Of a DNA stretch of 44,330 nt, positions 1 through 7,833 are shown in pieces (positions within the stretch are counted from its first letter, which is position 1; the number at the start of each line of letters is the position of its first letter). The DNA is taken from NCBI GenBank assembly GCA_027491455.1, contig JAOZFL010000097.1, positions 1 to 44,330 of the forward strand. Reading direction: 5' to 3'. Position numbers and translations under genes: made by a program. Source of the DNA: Thermoproteota archaeon (GTDB taxonomy: Archaea > Korarchaeota > JAOZGF01 > JAOZFZ01). The notes beneath the pieces are model-generated. The model was not told the origin of the DNA and did not search any database. It worked only from the letters and a program-made list of their open reading frames with translations.

Positions 1-1043
1 GTAAGGAGGGATACAGAGTATATGAAACAATCCCTTTACAGTGGGCTGAGACTAATGAGGGGAAAGTAGATCCTAGAAAAACTTTTTTAGACAGCCATTT
101 ATATATAATGACTTTACTGGAACACTTGTTGGGTGAAAACGCTAACATACGTAGGGAAAACCCTGAGTTAGTTATCTCTGACTCTAGGGTCTCCACGATC
201 CTAGCGGCTACCCTATTAAAAAAGCCGATAATAACCATTGTTCACCAGGTTAAATTGCTTTTACCGGATTTCTTTAAGGAAAAACGGGAAACAAAGACAT
301 TAATTGAAAACCTTGTAAGCAGGGTTTTGAGTAAGTTTTGGGAGCAGGGGGAAAAAATATTAGTGCCGGACTTTGAACCCCCTATGACCTTGGCCAAGTC
401 TCATCTCAATTTACCCGTAGATTACAGGAGGAAAATAGTTTTTACAGGCCCTTTTATAAGGAAAAAACCTAGCGAGTACCCTCTTCAAGATGAATTAAAA
501 GAGGAAATGGGGTTTAAAGGGAAAACAGTGATCTATTTTGCGTGTGGAGGAACACCCACAGAGAGATCGTCTTTCTTCGAGAAAGCTATGAAGATTATCG
601 ATGTACTCCCAAGAGAATACACATCCATTGTAACTAGGGGTGAACCTTTAAATGACAAAGTTGTCTTTAGAGATGAAAAAAGAATTATTTTCAATTGGTT
701 TAGAGATAGATACCTTCTTTTAAAAACTTGTGATCTGCTTGTGAGCAGAGGAGGACATAATACAGTTTCAGAGGCTATTTATTACGGTAAACCATTGATC
801 ATCATCCCAACCCCTAATCACCCCGAACATCAAGAAATAGCTAAAAATGCCTTTCAATTAGGATTAGCCAAAGTATATCAACAAGAAGAAAAAGAAATAG
901 AAATAGTAACTGGAATCCAAGAAATAATCAAGGATGAGGGAATGCTGAGAAAAGTGAAGGAGCTGTCATTAGAGGCAAACAAGTATGATGCCATATCAAG
1001 AGCTATGAAAGTGATTGAAGAGACAATAGAAGCTAGCATTTAA
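1..1043 (+). CDS. Glycosyltransferase, GT1/GT28 C-terminal-domain type (MJ1255/MurG-like); 5' end lies outside the window
   Basis: The frame of the listed ORF (108..1043) stays open back to nt 3 (KEGYRVYETIPLQWAETNEG...), so the gene begins upstream of the window. The C-terminal donor-binding-like signature SRGGHNTVSEAIYYGKPLIIIPTPNHPEHQEIAKNA resembles the MurG/UDP-glycosyltransferase motif. Confidence 0.6.
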   Translation, partial: KEGYRVYETIPLQWAETNEGKVDPRKTFLDSHLYIMTLLEHLLGENANIRRENPELVISDSRVSTILAATLLKKPIITIVHQVKLLLPDFFKEKRETKTLIENLVSRVLSKFWEQGEKILVPDFEPPMTLAKSHLNLPVDYRRKIVFTGPFIRKKPSEYPLQDELKEEMGFKGKTVIYFACGGTPTERSSFFEKAMKIIDVLPREYTSIVTRGEPLNDKVVFRDEKRIIFNWFRDRYLLLKTCDLLVSRGGHNTVSEAIYYGKPLIIIPTPNHPEHQEIAKNAFQLGLAKVYQQEEKEIEIVTGIQEIIKDEGMLRKVKELSLEANKYDAISRAMKVIEETIEASI

Positions 1044-1075
1044 TAGTTGATTGTGCATAGAAGCCTTTCAAGTTT

Positions 1076-1726
1076 TCAGAGAACACTTCTGTATTTATCT
1101 ACTTCTTGTTTTATCATTTTAAGGATTAAAGGTTTAAGCTGACCCCTAAACTTTCTCGGAAGCATAGGTATAGATTGGAAATTAACTTCTGAGAGAGACT
1201 GCATAGTCACAAATGATTCTCTATTTTTTATATTCTCAATTATACTCATAACCATGTGTTTTCTAACTGAACGTCTAACTGCTGCCTTAACAAAATTTAA
1301 GAAGAACCCATCAGGATTTAAATAGATGACTCGATCAGCGGCACATAGTTTAATTATGCTTAATTCTTTCTCGAGTCTTTTAACATACCAATCTAAGGAA
1401 GATAACTTAATACCTAAATATTTTGAAAGAAAAACCTTGTTCACATTTTTGGAGAGATAGAAGTTCTCCTCAAATTTTAAGAAAATATACAAGGTTCCAC
1501 TTAGAAAACCTTTATCAAATTTCCATTTTCCTTTTTTAACTCTTTCAATTATTTGGTGTACAAATGAGAATATGAGGTACTTATTGTTTAGTAGAAGATT
1601 CTTTAGAGGCTCAGGTAAATCTTCTCTTTCAACTATGTCGTTAAAAACTCTGTAGAGCCTTTTGATTGTCAAAACATGCTTTTCGGTTTCTCCCTCATGT
1701 TTTTGAGCATTGTATCGAAAGTCCAT
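1076..1726 (-). CDS. Hypothetical protein (alternative start TTG at 1672); helical, with a faint TFIIB/cyclin-box-like pattern
   Basis: Long ORF downstream of and co-oriented with 1669..2268. ATG 1726 would overlap the upstream gene by 58 nt. An in-frame TTG at 1672..1670 overlaps the upstream TGA (1671..1669) as TTGA, matching the coupling style seen elsewhere in the window. No family recognised with confidence. Confidence 0.4.
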   Translation of the reverse strand: MDFRYNAQKHEGETEKHVLTIKRLYRVFNDIVEREDLPEPLKNLLLNNKYLIFSFVHQIIERVKKGKWKFDKGFLSGTLYIFLKFEENFYLSKNVNKVFLSKYLGIKLSSLDWYVKRLEKELSIIKLCAADRVIYLNPDGFFLNFVKAAVRRSVRKHMVMSIIENIKNRESFVTMQSLSEVNFQSIPMLPRKFRGQLKPLILKMIKQEVDKYRSVL

Positions 1727-2268
1727 CGTGCAGCACTCACGATACGGTTAACTCTCTTTGGATCTCGATAATTCTTAATTAATACTCTCTTTAATATGTT
1801 ATCTTGCTCTTCAATTTTAAAATCCAAAACTTCCTCTTTTTTCAGTTCTCCCTTTACTCTTGCATTCTCATCCATTAATTTCATGCCCAGCAAAACCTTT
1901 CTAATTAGAAAAGGAGAAAAAGGGGGAACCGTAACCTCAAACTTCATGTTAGGGTCTGGTATTATTTCTATTTCTCTTCTACTTATATTCACTGTGCCTA
2001 GATACTCACCTGTACTGGAGACAAGCTCTACAGATCCTTCACTGTATTTTTCAGGTTTAGGTCTACCTTCTTCCTCTTTAATAAGTTCAGCTTTAATTAC
2101 AGAGGATTTAGACGCTTTCATAAAGGAGCTCTTGGTTAAATAATCTTCAATCAGCTTAACCAAAAACTTTAGCTTCAGGATTTCCCGTTCCTTCTCCTTG
2201 AGTTCTTTGATGTATTTATCCCTTAGCTCCATCATTAAATTTGCTTCTTCCTCGCTCATCTCCAACAT
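1669..2268 (-). CDS. Hypothetical protein with N-terminal coiled coil (K/E-rich heptads) and a C-terminal mixed beta/alpha domain
   Basis: ORF of 199 aa. A GGTGAT SD-like motif lies immediately upstream of ATG 2268 (minus strand ...aaaacGGTGATatATG). The composition looks coding. No recognisable family. Confidence 0.45.
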   Translation of the reverse strand: MLEMSEEEANLMMELRDKYIKELKEKEREILKLKFLVKLIEDYLTKSSFMKASKSSVIKAELIKEEEGRPKPEKYSEGSVELVSSTGEYLGTVNISRREIEIIPDPNMKFEVTVPPFSPFLIRKVLLGMKLMDENARVKGELKKEEVLDFKIEEQDNILKRVLIKNYRDPKRVNRIVSAARWTFDTMLKNMREKPKSMF

Positions 2269-2422
2269 ATATCACCGTTTTTAATCGTGACACCTGCAAC
2301 TTCCCAATTATACATGTTTTTAACATAAACTTAAGTTTTTTGGTGGGAGAGAAGAGGAGAAACCTGAAAAAAAATCATCTAGTTTTAATTGTTAGGTTTT
2401 TGTTTAAATAAATTTATTATTG

Positions 2423-2447
2423 AGGCAACCGACTTAGCAGGCCGCCT
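2423..2447 (-). other. Strand-asymmetric hairpin (minus-strand RNA AGGCGGCC-UGCUAAGUC-GGUUGCCU, 8 bp including two G-U pairs)
   Basis: Read directly. The plus-strand version has two A-C mismatches, so the structure is favoured in a minus-strand transcript. It is followed on the minus strand by a T-containing AT-rich stretch. Confidence 0.3.
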
Positions 2448-3417
2448 TTCTCCTCTTATGCTTCTTTAATAATCAAACATTATACATTATTTTCCAGTAT
2501 TTGCTCGTAAAAAGAAATTAAATATCACCGTATCATGTCATAAACATGCATCATTTCCTTTATAACTCTATTTGTTCCGATGAAACCACCATTTGTTTGA
2601 AGATGGCCATAGCGGCATCGTAACAAGTTCCTGGCTTTTACCGAGTTATAATGGGTTAAATCAGGACCCCCAAACCAAACCTGAAGAAATTGATACAGAG
2701 GCGTCTCAAGGGTTTTTTAATACAAACATGTAGTGCTCAAACATAACTTTCATGAAGTTAAAGGAGTGCAATCAATACAAGTTCAAGTAGATTACCTGGG
2801 AACTGTTCTAAGTTTTCATAGATTCATAGTGCAAAATAGCACTGAAAAGCTATTTGAGAAATAATAATGAAGGCAGCAACACATTACAAGATGAATTTGA
2901 AGAAGAAACCAGTTGAAGCGGTAAGGGAATGAGAAAAACCCTAGTTAAAAGAAGGTTTGTTTTGTGAAGAGAATCCCATACACCTGTAGAAGCGGTGTTA
3001 TAAAGGTAACCGTTAAACTATTCAAGTATTTAAAGCTCAATGTTCTAGAATATGATTTAAAAGTAGATTAAGGGAGAAGATGAAGTGACTAATTCTCAGA
3101 GAGAGGATTAAGGCAAAATATTTCGCCTTAAATGTGTTGAGGAATCAAGGCTAAAATCAGAGTGTTCAATAGACTTAAAAAGTTACAACAAAGACCTGTT
3201 TAAGAGTAATTGAAAGAAGATCGAGCTTCGATGAAGTATAGGCCTCAGATACAGGCCCTTAACCCATACGGCTCAATCAATGTCCGGACCTCATGCAGTG
3301 AGTTCATGAACCCGAGAGGCGCTCTAGTCTTATGAAACAGTTTATTTTTAAAAAGTTAAACATTAAAGTTCATTTTTGAAAGTTTAAAAGTTAAATAAAA
3401 CTTTGGAGGTACTTCAA

Positions 3418-3972
3418 ATGATGCTTCGAGGAATAGGACTTACAGGTATGCCTGGTTCAGGAAAATCAACTGTTTCTAAAATTATAAGTAGAAAATTGAA
3501 TTGTTTGGTTGTGAGCATGGGGGACATAGCAAGGGAAATAACCAGAGAAAAATATGAAACTGTGGATGCAAGGAAGGTTTTAGAGGTTGCTGCTAGACTA
3601 AGAAGAGAAAAAGGGAGAAATTATTTTGCTAAGTTATCCTTTAGTAAAATAAAGGACTACGAAGGGATAACAGTAGTAGATGGACTACGAAACATAGAAG
3701 AACTCGACTATTTCAAGAAGAAAATTGATGAATTCTACGTGGTTAACATACATGCTTCCCCAAAGGTTAGATTTGAAAGGTTATACAAAAGGAAGAGGGC
3801 AGGCGACCCTTTAACTATGAAGGAACTTAGAGAAAGAGATCTAAAAGAGCTTAATTTGGGGATTGGAGGAGCTATAGCTCTCTCTGATACCGTAATAGTT
3901 AATAACAGCTCTATAAATAGATTAAATAAACTGATCGAAGATTTATTGGAGGAGTTAAACCTTGCTCATTAA
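3418..3972 (+). CDS. P-loop nucleotide/nucleoside kinase-like protein (archaeal UPF0200 / CoaE-like family)
   Basis: Walker A motif GMPGSGKST close to the N-terminus, and size ~185 aa. The most likely start is ATG 3418, preceded by GGAGGT at 3405-3410. The listed TTG 3403 sits inside that SD. Confidence 0.6.
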   Translation: MMLRGIGLTGMPGSGKSTVSKIISRKLNCLVVSMGDIAREITREKYETVDARKVLEVAARLRREKGRNYFAKLSFSKIKDYEGITVVDGLRNIEELDYFKKKIDEFYVVNIHASPKVRFERLYKRKRAGDPLTMKELRERDLKELNLGIGGAIALSDTVIVNNSSINRLNKLIEDLLEELNLAH

Positions 3973-4414
3973 GGCTTATACCTCGGTGCATCCCACAGAG
4001 AATATGGAAAAGGTTGAAAAAGCTCTTTTCCAGGTAATGTCGAGTGGTAAGTTGACAGTGAAAAAGATAAACGAAGAAATGCTTGTTTCCATTGAAAGTA
4101 ATGATTTAGATTCCCTGAACAATGTTTATAGTAAAATAAGAACTAAAAAAATCGTTGATTCCTTCAGGAGAGAGCTTTTAAGAAATAAAAGAGGGAACTA
4201 CACCGCTGTCATGTTGAACAAACAATCAGCAGTTGTGGGGGTCATAACTATATGTGAAGACTTAACAGAGTCTCCACTTGGACCCATAACCTTGGAGATA
4301 GATGCAGACAATTTAGATGAGATAATTAATTGGCTAGCTCCTAAAACAAAGCAAAAGAAACGACTCCTTAGGGAAAGAAAACTAGTGGCCCCCCCTTTTC
4401 AGGAAGAGGAATAA
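3962..4414 (+). CDS. UPF0201-like (COG1931) predicted RNA-binding protein
   Basis: TTG start preceded by GGAGGAG, with an 11-nt overlap onto the upstream kinase-like gene. The size, the ...IINWLAP... C-terminal region and the pairing with a UPF0200-like gene fit the archaeal UPF0200/UPF0201 pair as I recall it. Confidence 0.45.
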   Translation: MLIKAYTSVHPTENMEKVEKALFQVMSSGKLTVKKINEEMLVSIESNDLDSLNNVYSKIRTKKIVDSFRRELLRNKRGNYTAVMLNKQSAVVGVITICEDLTESPLGPITLEIDADNLDEIINWLAPKTKQKKRLLRERKLVAPPFQEEE

Positions 4415-5309
4415 GCACTTTAAGGAAATCTTCAGCTGTAACCATGTTGGAAGGAACCCTTATCAGACCATCTAAGTAGCTTTCTTTATCTTTATACCTA
4501 TTGCTTATATGTGTTGCCACAGCTAGTTTCACGTTTGAAGCATATAAAACATCTATTAAATCTTTAACGGTCGAATGCCCCTTTTCAGAAGCTTCTTCCT
4601 CATCCTTAACAGAAAAAGTTGCGTTGTAAATCAATAAATCTGCGTTTTCAATGTACTTGATTAATCCTTTAAATGGTCTGGTATCTGGTACGTAAACAAT
4701 TTTTCTTCCCTTTCTAGGAGGACCAATCAAATCTGAAGGCTTAATTTTTTCCCCATCCAAAAAGACAGTTTCTCCTTTAACCAGTTTTGCCCTCATAAGA
4801 GGTGTTAATCCTAATTTATCCGCTTTTTCACCGTTAAACTTCCCTCTCCTCATTTTCTCCTCTATTACAACGCCAAAGCATGGTACGTGATGCTTTGTTT
4901 CGAAGAAAATAATTCTATATTCTTCTTCATTAATCTCAAACCCCTCTTCAATCTCTTCAATAAGCACGTTAAACCTTGTTTTTATATGAAAAAATTTTCT
5001 GTGAAATTCCACAAAGTTTTTAAGGTTTCTGGGTCCATAGATTCTTAGTTCTTCTTTTCTTTCAAATAAATCCATGGACTGAAGTAGACCTGGGACCCCT
5101 AAAACATGGTCTCCATGTAGATGTGAAATTATTATTTTCATGGGTCTACAGAAGCCTAGTTTTGCCTTTGCAAGCTGGAATTGGGTTCCTTCACCAGCAT
5201 CCAGCATTATCAGTTCTCCTTTTCTCCTTATAACTATTGATGGAGACCTTCTTTTACCTGTAGGTGCTGCTGCGCCTGTGCCTAGAAAGAAAACCTCCAC
5301 ATTGATCAC
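4368..5309 (-). CDS. rnz: Ribonuclease Z (tRNA 3' endonuclease, metallo-beta-lactamase fold)
   Basis: N-terminal FLGTGAAAPT, HxHxDH motif ISHLHGDHVLG, and a typical ~310 aa length. Confidence 0.85.
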   Translation of the reverse strand: MINVEVFFLGTGAAAPTGKRRSPSIVIRRKGELIMLDAGEGTQFQLAKAKLGFCRPMKIIISHLHGDHVLGVPGLLQSMDLFERKEELRIYGPRNLKNFVEFHRKFFHIKTRFNVLIEEIEEGFEINEEEYRIIFFETKHHVPCFGVVIEEKMRRGKFNGEKADKLGLTPLMRAKLVKGETVFLDGEKIKPSDLIGPPRKGRKIVYVPDTRPFKGLIKYIENADLLIYNATFSVKDEEEASEKGHSTVKDLIDVLYASNVKLAVATHISNRYKDKESYLDGLIRVPSNMVTAEDFLKVLIPLPEKGGPLVFFP

Positions 5310-5310
5310 T

Positions 5311-6357
5311 TTAAGGTTTCTTAAGGATATTGATCTGTCTAATTAACGATCTGTGCATACGCATCTTGAAGCTCTCTAAGAACATAAACCCTTCCTTCTC
5401 AGCTATTTCTGTCATGTCAATTCCCTCAGGATGTGAAATACACATGTACCCTTTCTCTTTAAGTAGCGAATACGCTTCGGGCATGAAGCACTTTATCACA
5501 TGGGTTGTGCTTTCACCGAATGAACTAGTTGATATGGAATACGGCGGATCAGTGACAATTGCATTCACCTTTCCATCCAAAAACCGCCTTAGTTTTCTTG
5601 CATCCCCTTGTTTGACATAGAAGTTTTTAAATCCCATGAAGGAAAGATTTACCTTGGCCATTTCCACCATCTCAGGGTCTATATCTATACCTACGGCCTT
5701 GCATCCAACCCTTATAATCTCAGTTAATATACCCCCTGGTCCACAGAAAGGGTCTAAAACAACATCCCCTCTTTTTACACAGGCCAAATTAACCATACAA
5801 CGAGCCAAAGCAGCATTCATCATTCCACTACGGGTAAAAGGCATACTTGCACCTCTTTCATGGAGAAGCCTTGATCTTTTGATTTCCCCTACTTTCTCTC
5901 CGAATACTAAGTAATCTTCGGTTAAAACCCCATGAAGTTCCACATCAGGGTTCTCCAGATCTACTTTTAATCCTGGGTTTTCTTTAAGTATTATTCTTCC
6001 TATTTCTCCCTCAAGCATATGTCTTTTTAAATGCCTTGAACTACCCTTTACTCTAGTTAATCTTACTCTAAAAGATCTTTCCTCCTTTAAATCCAAATGT
6101 ATTCCTTTAACTCTTTCTTTTATTTCCTCTTCATCTGCCTTAGACTTAAAGTAAAACTTATATATCCTCTTTGTAAAGGCAGCTCTGCTTAAGACCTTGT
6201 TAACTGCTTTCCTTGTTGAATTGAAAATTAAACATTGATCAAGAAGCTCTTTCTGTTCAAACAATTGTTCTTCTCCTTCGATTATGCCTTTGATCTCCGA
6301 AGCTGCTAGTTTATAGTTTTGTCCTGACAAAAGGGCAAAAAACGGACTGGTTACCAT
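5311..6357 (-). CDS. trm11: THUMP-domain tRNA (guanine(10)-N2)-methyltransferase (archaeal Trm11/Trm-G10 type)
   Basis: N-terminal THUMP-like region followed by a Rossmann MTase domain, with SAM motif VLDPFCGPGGIL and catalytic VTDPPY. Confidence 0.75.
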   Translation of the reverse strand: MVTSPFFALLSGQNYKLAASEIKGIIEGEEQLFEQKELLDQCLIFNSTRKAVNKVLSRAAFTKRIYKFYFKSKADEEEIKERVKGIHLDLKEERSFRVRLTRVKGSSRHLKRHMLEGEIGRIILKENPGLKVDLENPDVELHGVLTEDYLVFGEKVGEIKRSRLLHERGASMPFTRSGMMNAALARCMVNLACVKRGDVVLDPFCGPGGILTEIIRVGCKAVGIDIDPEMVEMAKVNLSFMGFKNFYVKQGDARKLRRFLDGKVNAIVTDPPYSISTSSFGESTTHVIKCFMPEAYSLLKEKGYMCISHPEGIDMTEIAEKEGFMFLESFKMRMHRSLIRQINILKKP

Positions 6358-6364
6358 GTAATCC

Positions 6365-7300
6365 TCATCCCCGAATAATCTTTAATAATTCACAAACTTT
6401 ACATATTTCCTTAGATGAAGGTTCACCGCACAGAATACAACTAGAAAGCTTAAACTTCATCTTCTCTTTTGTTTTTAAGTGTTTAATTATTTCATTCATG
6501 AAATAATAGAAATTTTCTCTGCTACCAGCAAAAGTGCTTTCTATTTTGTTCATATGGACTCTAACAACATTTCTCATTCCTTCTTGAGCGTAGGGACATT
6601 CATCCATATGAAAAGGTATACCTTTAACCAATGCATATGCAGCTATCTCTCTTTCAGGGGTTGTAGAAAGTGGTTTTATTCTTTTAACAAAAAGTTCACT
6701 TATCGATTCATCACAATTCATTTTTAAGCTTGATTCTATATCCCCCCTAAAAAAGTTCATTAAGTAAGTTTGAGATTCATCATCTAAGTTGTGTCCTGTA
6801 GCCACTTTACTGGCTTTTAATTCTCTAGAAAGAATGTTCAATGCTCTCCTTCTGAAAACCCCGCAGAAGGTACATGGCCCCCTAGCGCCTCTAAGTACCT
6901 TATTTTTCTCCACGATTTCATTTAATGTATAACCAAATATTTCCTTAAACGACACGATTATATGTGTTAAATCCAGTTCCTTAGTGTTCCTTTTTGCAAA
7001 CTCAATAGCTTTATCTCTGTACCCCTTTATCCCCTCATCAACCGTCACAGCGAATAATTCGCATTTAACTTTATTCAACATCTCCTTTAAGATGTATAGC
7101 GTCAAAGTACTGTCTTTGCCGCCAGATAAAGCCACAGCGACTCTGTCTCCTGGTTTAATCATCTTATTTTTCTCTATATTTCTATGAACTCTTTTCTCAA
7201 AAAATTTTAGGAAGCATCTTCTGCAAAGTTTCTCTTCTCTGTACCTTATATCTATAATTGCTTTTTTTCCACATCTGCTACACTTAGGTGATTTATCCAC
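6365..7300 (-). CDS. ttuA: PP-loop ATPase tRNA 2-thiolation enzyme (TtuA / Ncs6-NcsA family)
   Basis: N-terminal CxxC...CxxC zinc finger, PP-loop SGGKDS, putative Fe-S cysteines in GPCTFCG and DECPY, and a C-terminal CxxC...CxxC. GTG start at 7300. Confidence 0.8.
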   Translation of the reverse strand: MDKSPKCSRCGKKAIIDIRYREEKLCRRCFLKFFEKRVHRNIEKNKMIKPGDRVAVALSGGKDSTLTLYILKEMLNKVKCELFAVTVDEGIKGYRDKAIEFAKRNTKELDLTHIIVSFKEIFGYTLNEIVEKNKVLRGARGPCTFCGVFRRRALNILSRELKASKVATGHNLDDESQTYLMNFFRGDIESSLKMNCDESISELFVKRIKPLSTTPEREIAAYALVKGIPFHMDECPYAQEGMRNVVRVHMNKIESTFAGSRENFYYFMNEIIKHLKTKEKMKFKLSSCILCGEPSSKEICKVCELLKIIRG

Positions 7301-7508
7301 CGCTTATCACTCTTAGAATCTCTATCTCATCACCGTTATCTAATATTTCCTCCTCTGTGATGAGTTCATTCTTCTTCCTTATTAGCACGGTTTCACGGTT
7401 TATTTCCAGTATATCTAGGATATCTTGGACAGTGACTTCTTTTTTGTTGAGTACCATTTCTTTTTTACTTATTTTTCCATCCACTAATTTTACCTTTATC
7501 TTTAACAT
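7293..7508 (-). CDS. Ubiquitin-like beta-grasp sulfur carrier / small archaeal modifier (TtuB/SAMP/ThiS-MoaD-like) ending in Gly-Gly
   Basis: 71-aa ORF ending ...ILRVISGG followed directly by a stop. Its GGA TAA overlaps the GTG start of the downstream TtuA-like gene (GTGGATAA, 8-nt overlap). Confidence 0.7.
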   Translation of the reverse strand: MLKIKVKLVDGKISKKEMVLNKKEVTVQDILDILEINRETVLIRKKNELITEEEILDNGDEIEILRVISGG

Positions 7509-7575
7509 TTATATCATCCTAAGCAGTCTTTATATTTAATTAATGCTATATGGTTAATTTTGTTGGGGTTTTAAA

Positions 7576-7833
7576 TTGAAGTATGCTTTAAGAGAAGTTT
7601 TAAGCAAATTTAAGTGGGATTCTAGGTTTAGAGGGAAGAGGAGTAACATAGAAATAATAATTCTCGATAGATTAGTATCTGAGGGAAAGAAGATTATAAG
7701 GTTTCCGGATGTTAAGGAGGTAGGGTCTTCCTATATTATATATGGAGAAAATAAATGGATACCTCTCCACAGAATACTTGAAATAAAAGACTCTAGATCC
7801 GGTGTTGTTTATTGGAAGAAGAAAGAACCTTGA
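7576..7833 (+). CDS. DUF504 / UPF0248 (MJ1316-type RNA cyclic-end recognition domain) protein
   Basis: 85 aa. The N-terminal LREVLSKFKWD pattern and the ...IPLHRILEI... segment are characteristic of the DUF504 family as I recall it. TTG start with GGGGT 6 nt upstream. Confidence 0.55.
   Translation: MKYALREVLSKFKWDSRFRGKRSNIEIIILDRLVSEGKKIIRFPDVKEVGSSYIIYGENKWIPLHRILEIKDSRSGVVYWKKKEP

Noticed and set aside
1669-1726. Idea that ORFs 1669..2268 and 1076..1726 are one gene split by a frameshift
   Set aside because: An in-frame TTG at 1672 overlapping the upstream TGA (TTGA) gives a normal coupled two-gene arrangement. No slippery sequence is evident. A frameshift cannot be fully excluded without orthologs.
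1796-2143. ORF 1796..2143 (+), and the many similar 60-130-aa track ORFs lying antisense to or out of frame with the genes called above. Examples: 5140..5346, 5330..5620, 5636..5914, 6479..6727, 6984..7187, 7793..7978, 8603..8806, 9868..10077, 10772..10966, 11348..11533, 11501..11683, 12245..12541, 13017..13220, 14923..15267, 15304..15492, 15613..15942, 17560..17952, 18692..18877, 21512..21715, 22076..22330, 22734..22991, 24023..24601, 25297..25641, 26155..26424, 26616..26828, 27737..27931, 28153..28341, 28517..28735, 31489..31818, 32031..32216, 32463..32741, 33384..33680, 34300..34578, 35193..35375, 35951..36466, 36950..37357, 37030..37218, 37553..37774, 38455..38718, 40705..41031, 41217..41420, 42757..43020.
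   Set aside because: Each lies entirely within a longer ORF that has clear family motifs. Their translations are low-complexity and S/L/F/I-rich, as expected for the antisense of K/E-rich genes in AT-rich DNA. None has a recognisable motif or SD context.
2605-2616. ggccatagcggc, reminiscent of the 5' part of 5S rRNA
   Set aside because: The flanking sequence lacks the remaining conserved 5S elements (the loop C/E regions, ...GAAC...GAAGTTAAGC-like segment) and shows no complementary 3' strand.
3236-3330. Relatively GC-rich patch considered as SRP RNA or RNase P RNA
   Set aside because: I could not find the conserved SRP helix-8 or RNase P CR-I/CR-V (GAGGAAAGUCC / ACAGAA..GGCUUA) motifs, and it is too short. 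It is kept only as part of the general non-coding-island finding.
7288-7539. 83-aa plus-strand ORF overlapping the Ubl gene
   Set aside because: Extremely S/I/F-rich low-complexity translation, antisense to a well-supported ...GG Ubl ORF that is translationally coupled to ttuA.
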